Notes: a model not told the origin generated them from the sequence alone. A DNA stretch of 64,000 nucleotides from Candidatus Thorarchaeota archaeon (GCA_046758445.1 JBHIAE010000005.1:40465-104464), one strand, 5' to 3'; positions 48,809 through 58,969 are shown, numbered from the stretch's first letter. Translations and numbers: made by a program.

Positions 48809-49762
48809 ATGGTGGCAGAGAACATCGAGGTCAAAATATCTGGGCTAACAAAGAACTTTGACGAAATCATTGCCGTGGACCACATGGAGTTGGATGTTCC
48901 AGAGGGCTGCATCTTCGGTCTTCTAGGACCCAACGGGGCCGGCAAGAGTACTACAATTCGCCTTCTATGTACACTCCTCAAGCCTGTAGAAGGTACAGCA
49001 GAGGTAGCAGATTTCGACATCTTGCAAGCACCAGTGGAAGTACGTCAGGCAACAGGTGTCCTTCCCGAGGAGGCAAACCACACGCTCTATCCAAACATGA
49101 CTGCCTACGAGAATCTGGAGTACTTCGGTAGACTATATGGAGTTCCAGAGGATGAGATACCTAGACGTATTCAGGAGCTCTTGGAGTTCATGGAGCTGTG
49201 GGAGCGAAAAGATGACAAGGCGGGGGAGCTTAGCACCGGCAACCGGCAAAGACTAGCTCTCTGCAGGGCACTTCTGCACAAGCCGCAAGTGCTTCTTCTA
49301 GATGAACCAACTGCCGCACTGGACCCTATCGCGGCGAAACGTGTAAGGGAACTCATCCTGAATCTTTCAAAGCAGTCTGGGCAGACGTTCTTCATAAACA
49401 GCCACAATCTTGCAGAAGTCCAACGAATATGCGACAGGATTGCAATCATAGACGAAGGGAAGATTCTGCTTGCTGGGAAGACAGCTGAGCTTCGTGAGAA
49501 ACTGCAGGCTCAACAGGAGTTTAGGATTAGAGTACATGGTGACTTGAGTGAGGCGGAAGCCATAGCAAAGTCAACCGACTATGTCGAGTCAGTTCAGACA
49601 GAGGTGGATTCGCTTCTTGTGGTGATCACTGATCCCATCAATAACAACTCGAGGCTTATGAGAACCCTTCTGGATGCGGGGGTCAAGATTGTCGAGTTTG
49701 CCGAAGAAGAGGCCACACTGGAAGACCTCTACCTTGAGGTCATCAAAGGAGGTGGCAATTAG
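48809..49762 (+). CDS. ABC transporter ATP-binding protein
   Basis: Walker A GPNGAGKS, signature LSTGNRQR, LLLDEPT, SHNL; start moved to ATG 48809. Confidence 0.95.
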   Translation: MVAENIEVKISGLTKNFDEIIAVDHMELDVPEGCIFGLLGPNGAGKSTTIRLLCTLLKPVEGTAEVADFDILQAPVEVRQATGVLPEEANHTLYPNMTAYENLEYFGRLYGVPEDEIPRRIQELLEFMELWERKDDKAGELSTGNRQRLALCRALLHKPQVLLLDEPTAALDPIAAKRVRELILNLSKQSGQTFFINSHNLAEVQRICDRIAIIDEGKILLAGKTAELREKLQAQQEFRIRVHGDLSEAEAIAKSTDYVESVQTEVDSLLVVITDPINNNSRLMRTLLDAGVKIVEFAEEEATLEDLYLEVIKGGGN

Positions 49763-50520
49763 TGACCCGCAATAAGTCCATGGTTGTCGCGATGGCTGAC
49801 TTCAAGGCTGCGATGGCTCTTCGTTTTGTGAAGTTTGGTCTGATTGGATTGGGGGCTCTTGGACCAATCATGGCTGTCTTCACGGTTGTGAGTGTGGTGT
49901 TATTGATGCCTCCGGGTCCTGAGCTTGACTTGATTATACGGTTCTTGGCTCCAATGGTGGCAACATTTCTCGCAATATTCGCCATAATCCCTGCCTCAAT
50001 GATCTCGGCCAATTCTTTCGTCGGTGAAAAGGAGCAGAACACCTTGGAACCGCTTCTGGCAACCCCATTGACGGATAGAGAGCTGTTGGTGGGCAAGATT
50101 CTGAGTTCTCTGATTCCCAGTGGCATCTTGCTCTTTGGCGGGACAGCTGCGTCAATCTTGGCTGAGAACGTGATTCTCATGGCCTTCGGTCGTCCATTCA
50201 TTCTTTTGCCCGATGTCCCTGGGATTATCTTCGTATCGCTCGCAGGACCACCAATGATCTTGGCTGTAGTGTCGTTCATGATTCTAATCAGCGGACGCGT
50301 AGGCCGTGTCTATGAGGCCTATCAGATGAGCATGTTGGTAGCCATAGTCATCATAGCCCCAATGATCGTGCCATCCTTGTTTATCGAAGCAGGACTCGAC
50401 CAGTCAGTTGTGATGATGACATACATCGCAACGATTTTGATTGCTGTGGTGCTTATGGTGGTGACCATGGCTCTTGCTGTTAGGCGATTCAACCGGGACA
50501 CAATGATAAGAACGGTATAA
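49762..50520 (+). CDS. ABC-2 permease
   Basis: SFVGEKEQNTLEPLLATP...GK; 6 TM; coupled to the ATPase gene. Confidence 0.9.
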   Translation: MTRNKSMVVAMADFKAAMALRFVKFGLIGLGALGPIMAVFTVVSVVLLMPPGPELDLIIRFLAPMVATFLAIFAIIPASMISANSFVGEKEQNTLEPLLATPLTDRELLVGKILSSLIPSGILLFGGTAASILAENVILMAFGRPFILLPDVPGIIFVSLAGPPMILAVVSFMILISGRVGRVYEAYQMSMLVAIVIIAPMIVPSLFIEAGLDQSVVMMTYIATILIAVVLMVVTMALAVRRFNRDTMIRTV

Positions 50521-50559
50521 TGGAAGTGAGGGCTGCCAGTCCTCTCCTCCCTTTCATTG

Positions 50560-51093
50560 CTAGTCTTTCAACTTCCTGAGCCCTGCAGGATATCTCCTTG
50601 CGAGATCGCGATAGATTTCCTTGAATCTTCTCAATTCTTCCTTGTGATGGTCTTTGACATCACCTATCACCTTGGCGGGCACACCAACTGCAATCTTCTC
50701 AGCAGGAATCTCAGAATACTGCCTGACAACGGCGCCCTCACCAACTATCGCCCACTTGCCCACGACAGCATAGTCTGAAACAATAGCCCCCATGCCAATA
50801 ACTGCTTCGTCTTCTATCGTCGCATTATGTACTATGCAGCCGTGTCCAAGAGTGACATTGGTCCCGACTGTAGTAGTTTCATCTGGTCTGGCATGGATGA
50901 TAACGTTGTCTTGAATGCTACACCCATCACCAACACGAATCTCACCATAGTCTCCCTTGACGACTGCCCCGGGTGCCACATAACACTCCTCTCCAAGAGT
51001 CACTCTCCCAAGGACAGACGCCGAATGGCTAACATAGGTGTTCTTACCGATTTCAGGAATCCGACCTTCAAATTCGTACACGGTCATCGTCAA
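50560..51093 (-). CDS. Gamma-class carbonic anhydrase family protein
   Basis: Hexapeptide repeats; IQDNVIIH, GHGCIVH, GVPAK. Confidence 0.92.
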   Translation of the reverse strand: MTMTVYEFEGRIPEIGKNTYVSHSASVLGRVTLGEECYVAPGAVVKGDYGEIRVGDGCSIQDNVIIHARPDETTTVGTNVTLGHGCIVHNATIEDEAVIGMGAIVSDYAVVGKWAIVGEGAVVRQYSEIPAEKIAVGVPAKVIGDVKDHHKEELRRFKEIYRDLARRYPAGLRKLKD

Positions 51094-51262
51094 GACCTGG
51101 TTTCGTTCTATTCATTTCCGTTATTAGATTGAGGGTTTCTGAACAGACATTAAGGCTAAGATGCGCCATTGCGTCGTACTCCGAAGCCCTCCGAAACGTT
51201 AAAGGCCTACCCCTGCGAAGGTCTGTCGGAAGGCTCGTAGGAAGAGTCGGAGATGTTACCAG

Positions 51263-51661
51263 ATGCCCCAAGAGAAACTGAGTCCCGATGAGATTCCTCT
51301 TTTCCCAATCCTGAGGGGAGAGTCTGTTGGTCAAGATGGCGAATTCTCAGGTCACGTTTTCATTGTCCGTAGACCAGAGGACACTGATCGGGAGTGGGCT
51401 TCTGATGACATTGCAGTACTAGACAGCGAAACAGAGTCCTTCTTCAATGAGAATCCAGGAGCTTTGGACAAACTCTTTCAGAATGTTTCGGCAGTACTTT
51501 CTGAGTTCGGAGAGGCAATGGGTCAATTCTCGTCCATAGCCTATGAGCGAGAGGCCATTTGTGTTGTGAAGGTGCCAGATGCAAGCCATGTGCTTGAAAA
51601 TGGGATGCACATTCGTGTTACCGCCACGGAGAATCAAGGTGACATATACTTCATCGATTGA
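51263..51661 (+). CDS. Stand-alone PEP-utiliser swivelling-domain homologue lacking the phospho-His
   Basis: G.SVG..G.FSG.V.IV, DIAV, SAVLSEFG, SIAYERE.ICVV, LENG..IRV...G.IY. Confidence 0.65.
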   Translation: MPQEKLSPDEIPLFPILRGESVGQDGEFSGHVFIVRRPEDTDREWASDDIAVLDSETESFFNENPGALDKLFQNVSAVLSEFGEAMGQFSSIAYEREAICVVKVPDASHVLENGMHIRVTATENQGDIYFID

Positions 51662-51739
51662 AACGTTCGCAAATCATCAAGGATTTATGTCACGTCTAGT
51701 TCAAGACTCGCGTGCACTTGCACAAGTGGAGCGAGGAGT

Positions 51740-52756
51740 TTGAGATCACGCTACATCCTACTTGACTGGTCTGGTGTCAGGCGGATTCAGTTTCGTGTAG
51801 TTCTTGGGAGTGCTTTGCTCTTCATCACGTATAGTATCATACTTCTGCTCTACTGTTCAGTCGCCCAATGGATTCTCCTAGCGTTTCTGCTGGTTTCAAC
51901 CCAGATTGGCGTTGGACTGGTCTTCACGCGATACTACCAGACGGTAGGCATGCTGGCCAAGGAGAAACTGACCTTCTTGGATTCTTCCGAATTGGCCGGC
52001 GAGTGGGAGTCCGTGGAGGAGGAAGTCAGTATCGAGGAGATGCCGCGTATCTTTCAGGAGCTTGATGAGAGGTTGGGAGGTTTGGAACCGCAGGTAGATG
52101 ACATTCTAGACCTCGCTTGGTTCTTCATTATCGTATGGGCTGCGGTTTCAACAGCTCTGGTAGTATTGTTTGGCAGTTCTCCAATTCTGTGCTTGAGCCC
52201 TTCTCCGATTTTGGCCATGATATGTGTTGCTTGCTACTACAACGGTTATCAGAGTGGGAAAGGCGAAATATCCGCAGACCATCTGGAGCACTTGGAACAC
52301 CTTGCGCTCTCAAGGCTGTCAGCAATTCAGTCGATAGCGTCAAACAGTTTCTTTCAACCTTTTGTCCAGTGGATGCAGAAGCAGGAGTTCCGTGTCCTGT
52401 CAGACCTTGGAGTCCATTTGATCGGTTCCGCTGTGGAGGTGACAGGTGCAGTTATCAGATATTCAGTTGGATTCTCATCGGGCGATAAGGAGCATATCGA
52501 GGTACTGCTCTCGGAGGTGCCTGATCCTGATTTCCAAAGCGCAGTAACACGCCTGGATTCCGATTTGGGTTCAAGATGGATTCTAACAACGGATTCAGGA
52601 CCACAAATGCACAAGTTCCGTTTTGCAAATGCCATTGACAGTCCCAGCCTGAGAAGACACGCGTCACTGATCCGGAGTCCTTCTGAGCAGGAGAAGGCAA
52701 CGCGAGTAGTAGCCAAGATACTAGAATCGTTGCTGCAGCTCGTAGGCCCTGAGTGA
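51740..52756 (+). CDS. Hypothetical membrane protein (about 4 TM)
   Basis: Two hydrophobic hairpins plus a soluble C-terminal domain. Confidence 0.7.
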   Translation: MRSRYILLDWSGVRRIQFRVVLGSALLFITYSIILLLYCSVAQWILLAFLLVSTQIGVGLVFTRYYQTVGMLAKEKLTFLDSSELAGEWESVEEEVSIEEMPRIFQELDERLGGLEPQVDDILDLAWFFIIVWAAVSTALVVLFGSSPILCLSPSPILAMICVACYYNGYQSGKGEISADHLEHLEHLALSRLSAIQSIASNSFFQPFVQWMQKQEFRVLSDLGVHLIGSAVEVTGAVIRYSVGFSSGDKEHIEVLLSEVPDPDFQSAVTRLDSDLGSRWILTTDSGPQMHKFRFANAIDSPSLRRHASLIRSPSEQEKATRVVAKILESLLQLVGPE

Positions 52757-52841
52757 ATACTCCTGTGATGGAGATAAAGACTCTGTCAGTCCCGCGATAT
52801 ACATAAGGGTCCTTACTCTAGTGATGCCAAGTGCATGCTCG

Positions 52842-54176
52842 ATGAAGGTCAAGCTAAAGATAGAAACACAGTGGCTTGAGCTAGAGAGAAAGAGCATGCT
52901 GAAGATGCTTGAAAGATACAGGTCATGGGAACGGGAAACCCTTCAGAGAGCCAGGGACGCCAAGGATCTGCGAGGACTAAGGGATGTGTTCTACGAGCTT
53001 GGCGATAGGTGGGAGTGGGCACAGACAGCTGGAGCATGGTTGTCAAGTGGTGTGCCCCTTGATACTATAGGTTTAGTCATTAGAATGCCTGGTCTTCAAC
53101 CGAACAAGGAGAGATACGTCGTCTACGCTGTGATGGCCTATTCCAAGGGTGTTACGAAGAAGTTCGATCATCTTGGAGACAAGGAACGAGTGATTATAGA
53201 GCGTGATGTCGAAAGTGGTCAGATTGTATGTTGGTCAACGACTGGACACGGTGCGGTAGACATCTTTCCCATTGATGTCACCAAATTCTCTACCGTAGAG
53301 ATGGCGCTTGATGGCTGCTATTTGGTTGCTCAGCCAGGGGATCATGCCCTTAGACTTGAGTGCCCAACCATCGAAGGAATCATCCCGATGCTAGCACACC
53401 GCCTGTGGGAGATTGCAGGAGGTGACAAGTCATTCTCGCTAAGAACGATAGATGTTCTCGATGCAAGTGATGTTGAAGAGTTTCTTGACTTTAGGTTCCA
53501 TAGATTTGCCAAGGCTGTTATTGAGCTGGAACGCATCTGGACGACTCTGAGTGGCGGGACAGTTGCTAGAGCCCGAGAGGCAGTTCTTGACCAAGTTCCA
53601 GATCATATAGAGAAACGGAACAAGGAGATTCTTAGAAGGATTGAAGGACTTCTTCATGTTCTGTGGTTCAAACCACCATCTAAGCAACTCCAGTCAATCC
53701 GAACGATGTACGAAGAGATTGTGTCCGAACCAACTCCCACTGAGGTTCAACGCGAGCTCCAACCACATCTAGGCGAGCTGCTCTATAGCCTGACCGATGT
53801 TCTTGAGAAGGCCAAGTTCCTCAAGTGGAGAAGTGTCCTAGAGAGAAGAGAATTCACAGAGAGTGATGTGTTTCGCAACTTAGAATTGTCTGCTTTAGCG
53901 AAGGAGGCATTGGCGGCCGCACTAGAGGACATCCTAGTAGATCATTCTCTTTCATACATCGGATATCCAGAGCGGGCAACGATTAGAAAGAAGATTGTAC
54001 GCACTTTCTTTGGCGTGGCTGCTCTTCCAATCCGCCTGGCGTTCTCCTTCAAACATTGGCTAACGAAAACGATCCTCCGACTATTGCCCAAGAGAACCGA
54101 AGAAGAGGAAGAGAACTCGAGTGAGAAGAGTGCTGAAGAGCAGGATCCTGATTCTCAACAATCACCTAGTGCTTAG
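52842..54176 (+). CDS. Hypothetical protein with NPP1/Vps62-like motifs
   Basis: YAVMAYSKG...DHLGDKERVII...WSTTGHG...VAQPGDHAL. The ORF is secure; the family call is tentative. Confidence 0.6.
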   Translation: MKVKLKIETQWLELERKSMLKMLERYRSWERETLQRARDAKDLRGLRDVFYELGDRWEWAQTAGAWLSSGVPLDTIGLVIRMPGLQPNKERYVVYAVMAYSKGVTKKFDHLGDKERVIIERDVESGQIVCWSTTGHGAVDIFPIDVTKFSTVEMALDGCYLVAQPGDHALRLECPTIEGIIPMLAHRLWEIAGGDKSFSLRTIDVLDASDVEEFLDFRFHRFAKAVIELERIWTTLSGGTVARAREAVLDQVPDHIEKRNKEILRRIEGLLHVLWFKPPSKQLQSIRTMYEEIVSEPTPTEVQRELQPHLGELLYSLTDVLEKAKFLKWRSVLERREFTESDVFRNLELSALAKEALAAALEDILVDHSLSYIGYPERATIRKKIVRTFFGVAALPIRLAFSFKHWLTKTILRLLPKRTEEEEENSSEKSAEEQDPDSQQSPSA

Positions 54177-54930
54177 GGAGGCAGTCTAAGCGGAGTATTA
54201 GGTCCCTTGAAGATGTCCAGAAGTTCGAGCGGTGATTCAAGAAGAATTGCCCTTCAGGTGCTTTCTTGGCTTCGTGCGGAGTAGCCCATGTGAGAAGGAC
54301 GGGCAGCATCTCAGCCCGAATAGCTGCTTTGATGTCAGCTCCCACATAATTGCCGACGAATGCACACAATCTTGGGTTGACTCCCAGTTTCTGAGAAGCT
54401 CTGAGAAGAGTATAAGGACTGGGCTTGGCGTATCCCGGTATGCCAGTCCATTCGACTACTGAGAAGATGTCTTGAAGGCCGCTCCTCTCTATTACTCCAA
54501 TTGGATTATCATGCCTCCGCGCGCAGATTCCTAACTGGTAGCCTCTTCGATAGAGCTCATCCAGCGCCTGAATTGACTCCTCTATGAAGAACTCAAAGTC
54601 TGTGCTAGTTGTCACGCGTTTCCACTTAGACTCAATACTCATCAAAAGGTCGTCTGGTAGTTCCTTGAATCCCAGTGTTTCAAAAGCAATGCCAACTGCA
54701 GGAACCCAATGCTCTGGGAGTTCGCCCCAAGACGGTTCCACATTCTCTTTTACTTGGTACTCTTGTAGCCACTCCTCCGCTTTCAGAAATGCGTCATTTA
54801 GCTCGTCGTCACTGAAAAGTGAGAGGTCAAGTTCGTGTTCCTTTGAGATCCTTCTCATCAGTGACTGTAGACTCTCTTTCAACTGCGTCAAGGTGTGGTG
54901 GAGATCGAAGAGGAGAGCGGCGATGTGCAT
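54166..54930 (-). CDS. HAD-superfamily hydrolase with atypical motifs and a probable C-terminal frameshift
   Basis: LLFDLHHTL, YAKPSP, FVGNYVGADI. The alternative frame after 54250 reads AILLESPLELLDIFKG. Confidence 0.82.
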   Translation of the reverse strand: MHIAALLFDLHHTLTQLKESLQSLMRRISKEHELDLSLFSDDELNDAFLKAEEWLQEYQVKENVEPSWGELPEHWVPAVGIAFETLGFKELPDDLLMSIESKWKRVTTSTDFEFFIEESIQALDELYRRGYQLGICARRHDNPIGVIERSGLQDIFSVVEWTGIPGYAKPSPYTLLRASQKLGVNPRLCAFVGNYVGADIKAAIRAEMLPVLLTWATPHEAKKAPEGQFFLNHRSNFWTSSRDLILRLDCLPKH

Positions 54931-55055
54931 GCCTACGAAGAAACTGAGCCTCTCTTAGGTTCATTTTGGTATCGTAGAGCCGCTAATACTGTAAAGCAGA
55001 ATAAGCACGGTCAGATTAAAATAGCAGCCGTCAGAAGCCCGTTGGAGCTAATGCG

Positions 55056-56243
55056 ATGACCAAGCTTGGGATAATTGGGAATGGAGTCGCAGCCACCTCC
55101 GCCATTCGAGAGATTAGAAATCTGGACTCAGAGGTTGAGATTGACGTCTACTCGGATGAACGTCATCCATACTATCCAAAACCGAATCTCATGGAGTACA
55201 TGAGCGGAGAACGTACCTTGAAGGAAGTCATACGGTACGATGCTGACTGGTACGATCAGGTCAATGCTAATCTGCGTCTATCAACTCCGGTGACGCACAT
55301 AGATTCAGGGATACGAGGTCTCTCTACTCCTTCTGGAGTCTTCTCCGGCTACGATTCACTTCTTATAGCAGTCGGGTCGATTCCCTTCGTTCCGCCTTTC
55401 GAAGGAATGAACAAGAAGAATGTACATGTTCTCCGGACTCTTGACGATGCAATTGACATAAAGGAGGCAGTCAAGGGCGCAGGGAGAGAGATCATAGTTG
55501 GTGGAGGAATCCTAGGGATTGAGCTGGCCGCTGCTATCAAGAGAATCGGGGGTGATCCCATAGTTGTGACCAATGTTGACAAACTACTTCCGATTCAGCT
55601 TGACGGTGGCGCGAGTGAGATTCTTCGTCGACATCTAGACAAGATGGGAGTTCCAACTTTGTTGGGTTTCACATGCAGGGGAGTGGTTGGTGGCGACTCT
55701 GTTGCCGGAGTCATATCCACTTCGGGCGACACAATTGAAGGAGACCTCGTTGTGGTGGCCACCGGCGTGCGCTCCAATGTGGAGCTCGCCAGAAGTTCGA
55801 ATCTAAGCATAAATCGTGGCATTGCTGTGGATGACTTCATGAGGACTTCTGCTCCCGGCATCTATGCAGCGGGGGACTGCGCAGAGTGGAATGGCTCATG
55901 GTTTGGGATAGTCCCATGGGCTCTATCAACAGCGAAGATAGCAGCTCAGAACATGATTGAATCGGGAAGCGCCAGATTCAGTGGAATCACACCATCTAAC
56001 ACTCTACAAGTCGCAGGTATCGACCTGACATCAGTAGGAGTCGTGCACGTAGATTCACCTGACTATGATCAGATAGTTTCTGTGGATCGTGACAATGGAA
56101 GATACTACAAGGCCGTGACCAAAGAGAATACTGTCGTTGGAGGAATTGCTCTAGGGAATCGGAAAGTCGCAATGAAGCTCCGCACCTTCATCTCGCAGAA
56201 GACCGACATATCCGACATTCGAGAATCAATCTTCGAGGTGTAG
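55056..56243 (+). CDS. NAD(P)H:FAD oxidoreductase (NADH:rubredoxin oxidoreductase / NirB-N-like)
   Basis: IIGNGVAA, LRTLDDA, VGGGILGIE, ATGVRSN, TSAPGIYAAGDCAE. Confidence 0.9.
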   Translation: MTKLGIIGNGVAATSAIREIRNLDSEVEIDVYSDERHPYYPKPNLMEYMSGERTLKEVIRYDADWYDQVNANLRLSTPVTHIDSGIRGLSTPSGVFSGYDSLLIAVGSIPFVPPFEGMNKKNVHVLRTLDDAIDIKEAVKGAGREIIVGGGILGIELAAAIKRIGGDPIVVTNVDKLLPIQLDGGASEILRRHLDKMGVPTLLGFTCRGVVGGDSVAGVISTSGDTIEGDLVVVATGVRSNVELARSSNLSINRGIAVDDFMRTSAPGIYAAGDCAEWNGSWFGIVPWALSTAKIAAQNMIESGSARFSGITPSNTLQVAGIDLTSVGVVHVDSPDYDQIVSVDRDNGRYYKAVTKENTVVGGIALGNRKVAMKLRTFISQKTDISDIRESIFEV

Positions 56244-56404
56244 TGAAGGACCACTGGCCTGCTTCTTCGAAAGGTAGGTGTTCTGAGATGCGACCAGAAG
56301 TCATGCTGAAATGAGAGTTCTATCTCCCATGAAAAAGCGATTTCTCGGCCCTTAAATCGTAACCTCTGACACATGAGGACAGTCTATCCTGCCGATGAGG
56401 TGTA

Positions 56405-57316
56405 ATGCTGATGACGATTACAATGACAGAGGGGGCCGAATCCTTGAGTGAGTCGAGTAGCATCTGGTCTCGCCTAGACCTTCTCACGGTAGGGGCTCTG
56501 ATGTTGACTATCGCGGCTGTCTGGCGAATCGTGGATGTCTTTGTACTGGGTTTAGGGAACACATGGGTCAATATTCTACCTTCAAAGCTGTTTCCTATGC
56601 TGATCCTAGTTGGATTCTTCTGGTTCTACAGAAGAGGAGAAACTCAAACCGTCCTTGGACTGTCAGGAAACCGCTTCCGTACGAGTGTAATTGTGGGATT
56701 CTTGGTGGGGGTAACAATCTACGTCTTGATTGATGCTGGAGCCATTGTGCTCTATGGGCTCTTCGTCGATCCTAGTTATCCACTTGAGTTCTCTATCCCC
56801 TATACCGAACTTCTCTGGTATCAATTATTGTTCTTCTCCACCAATGCAGTCTTGGAAGAAACATTGTTCCGAGGGCTGATTCAGAATGGGCTCAAAACTC
56901 GAATCTCTGTCAGATGGTCAATATTGACATCTGCATTCCTCTTCTCAGTCTGGCACTTGGTCTGGCCAGTGGTCAACGCAACGCCAGATGGATTCAGCGT
57001 ATCTGAGGCGGTTGGTATCATGGTGTTCTCACTTGTCTTTGGCGCTTTCCAGGGAGTGTACTACGAACACTTCTCTGATGGCAGTAGTCTTGTTGGTCCG
57101 ATAGTTGCTCACACATTGGTCAACTTCTTCAATGAGAGCTTTAGGATTGGCCCTGAACCATTGATACAGGGACCAGATGTGGCATATTCAAGTCCGGTCC
57201 TCACAGGCATGATGTTAGTCATGTTCTTGCTTACTATGACGATATTGTTGATTCTGATGTCGAAGTACCGCGTCGATCAGGTCGATTCACTCCGAGAGCG
57301 GATGAGAGGACATTGA
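56405..57316 (+). CDS. CPBP intramembrane metalloprotease
   Basis: EETLFRG, FSVWH, AHTLVN. Confidence 0.88.
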   Translation: MLMTITMTEGAESLSESSSIWSRLDLLTVGALMLTIAAVWRIVDVFVLGLGNTWVNILPSKLFPMLILVGFFWFYRRGETQTVLGLSGNRFRTSVIVGFLVGVTIYVLIDAGAIVLYGLFVDPSYPLEFSIPYTELLWYQLLFFSTNAVLEETLFRGLIQNGLKTRISVRWSILTSAFLFSVWHLVWPVVNATPDGFSVSEAVGIMVFSLVFGAFQGVYYEHFSDGSSLVGPIVAHTLVNFFNESFRIGPEPLIQGPDVAYSSPVLTGMMLVMFLLTMTILLILMSKYRVDQVDSLRERMRGH

Positions 57317-57402
57317 AGCTAACGTTGCGGGATTGATTCTCTGGGCTTAAATCAGCTTGTCGGAACTAGATTGCGTTCATAGATCATATGCGGTGGACAA
57401 CA

Positions 57403-58077
57403 ATGCAGACACTAAGCGATGTTACTGTCACCTCGGTCTTGGTCACAATAGGCCTCTCAGTTCTGATGGCCGCCTACCTGATTCGAATGTGGTTTCATCA
57501 GGAACATAGGCTCAATACAGACCTTCCGCTGATGTTTGGGATTGTCTTCATGGCGCAGGCTGTGAATAATCTGATCAGGCTGCTTCCCATGGTCGGCATT
57601 CTTGAGATGACGCTGGAGCTGTTCAGAGTACGAGCACTAGTCATCATAGCCACTTCGTTTCCTCTCCTTGGAGTTGTGTTACACATATGGCTACCCGGCA
57701 TCCGCAGGCATCACATGAAGATACTAGGTGCTCTTGTGGCATATTGGGTGACTGCCGCCCTTCTTGGGCCAACCGAGGAAACGATCATCCTACTAGTTAT
57801 GCCTGTCATTCTCACATTGACCATTGGGATGGTTCTTACGTTTGCGGTTACTTGGAAGACCGGTCGTTTGAAGGAAGTGAGAAGCGATCTCATGGTAGTC
57901 TCTTTCATCTTTGGGATTCTGAGCCAAGTCGTAGCCACAGACATCCTTCTCAACAATGTCTTGACAGCTGTGGCAACTGTAGTGGCGACCCTTGGGCTCA
58001 CCAATCCATGGAGAAGCCGAAAGACCAGGGAAATGACAACGCGACCTGCAATCGTCCCTCGTAGCAGGTTGGCTTAG
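57403..58077 (+). CDS. 7-TM membrane protein, paralogue 1
   Basis: Seven hydrophobic segments; TDLPLMFG, FRVRAL, LHIWLP, TWKTGRLKEVRSDLMV, NPW. Confidence 0.8.
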   Translation: MQTLSDVTVTSVLVTIGLSVLMAAYLIRMWFHQEHRLNTDLPLMFGIVFMAQAVNNLIRLLPMVGILEMTLELFRVRALVIIATSFPLLGVVLHIWLPGIRRHHMKILGALVAYWVTAALLGPTEETIILLVMPVILTLTIGMVLTFAVTWKTGRLKEVRSDLMVVSFIFGILSQVVATDILLNNVLTAVATVVATLGLTNPWRSRKTREMTTRPAIVPRSRLA

Positions 58078-58176
58078 TCGTCAAATGAATCTTGATCTCC
58101 GATTGGTCAATCATTCTACGAGCTCATATCCAGCCTGGATGACGAACTATCGATGCTGACTATTAGGTGCAGACTC

Positions 58177-58836
58177 ATGCAAGTCGTCTTTGATACTAGT
58201 TCCATTGCAAGCATCATAGCATCACTGTTGTCAGGAGTTCTGGCCGTCTACCTTATCAGATTCTGGTTCCGACAGGAGAGTCGGCTGCTCACTGACTTGC
58301 CACTGATGTTCGGAATCGCATTCATTGCACATGCGTTAAACCAGTCAATGGTCTTGTTCCAGGGCTCAGGGTACTTTGAGGTCACACTCCAAATGTTTCG
58401 CATAAGAGCCCTAATCGTGGGTGGAATAGCCCTCCCCCTAGTGGGAGTTGTGCTTCACATTTGGCTTCCCAGAATCAGCAAGTTTCACATTCGTATCATA
58501 GGGCTAGTAGCAGCCTATTGGGTCTCAGTAGTGTTCTTGGGACCGTTTCAGGATACTATAATGCTGCTCCATCTCCCCGTGATTGTAGTACTCATGGGCG
58601 GCATGATTGTGACATTTGCTGTAACTTGGAAGATTGGCAGGCTCAAAGAAGTCCGCAGTGACCTTATGGTCTTCTCATCTGTGCTTTCTTTGGTGGGTCA
58701 GCTGACCCTCGTATCCTTTGCGGCATTGGGATTGGGAATCGCTTCGAGCACGATTGCCGTGATTGCGACTCTTTGTGCGACTCTAGGCCTTGTTAATCCA
58801 TGGTATACTGAGCCGACTCCTGTGTCCCCCATCTAA
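58177..58836 (+). CDS. 7-TM membrane protein, paralogue 2
   Basis: Same blocks: TDLPLMFG, FRIRAL, LHIWLP, TWKIGRLKEVRSDLMV, NPW. Confidence 0.8.
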   Translation: MQVVFDTSSIASIIASLLSGVLAVYLIRFWFRQESRLLTDLPLMFGIAFIAHALNQSMVLFQGSGYFEVTLQMFRIRALIVGGIALPLVGVVLHIWLPRISKFHIRIIGLVAAYWVSVVFLGPFQDTIMLLHLPVIVVLMGGMIVTFAVTWKIGRLKEVRSDLMVFSSVLSLVGQLTLVSFAALGLGIASSTIAVIATLCATLGLVNPWYTEPTPVSPI

Positions 58837-58969
58837 CGGCCGCGAAGAAGATGGGCGAGTGTCAAAACCAGCAAAGTCAAGGTTCCAAATGTCGATTGTT
58901 AATAATGTCTGCAGAGGTCAAAGCTTCAATTACTCAATCTTTGGAATCGTGGAATATCGATCTGTCTTC

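Noticed and set aside
57403-58836. Rhodopsin call for the 7TM pair
   Set aside because: No retinal-binding Lys in TM7 and no helix-C RYxDW-type motif.
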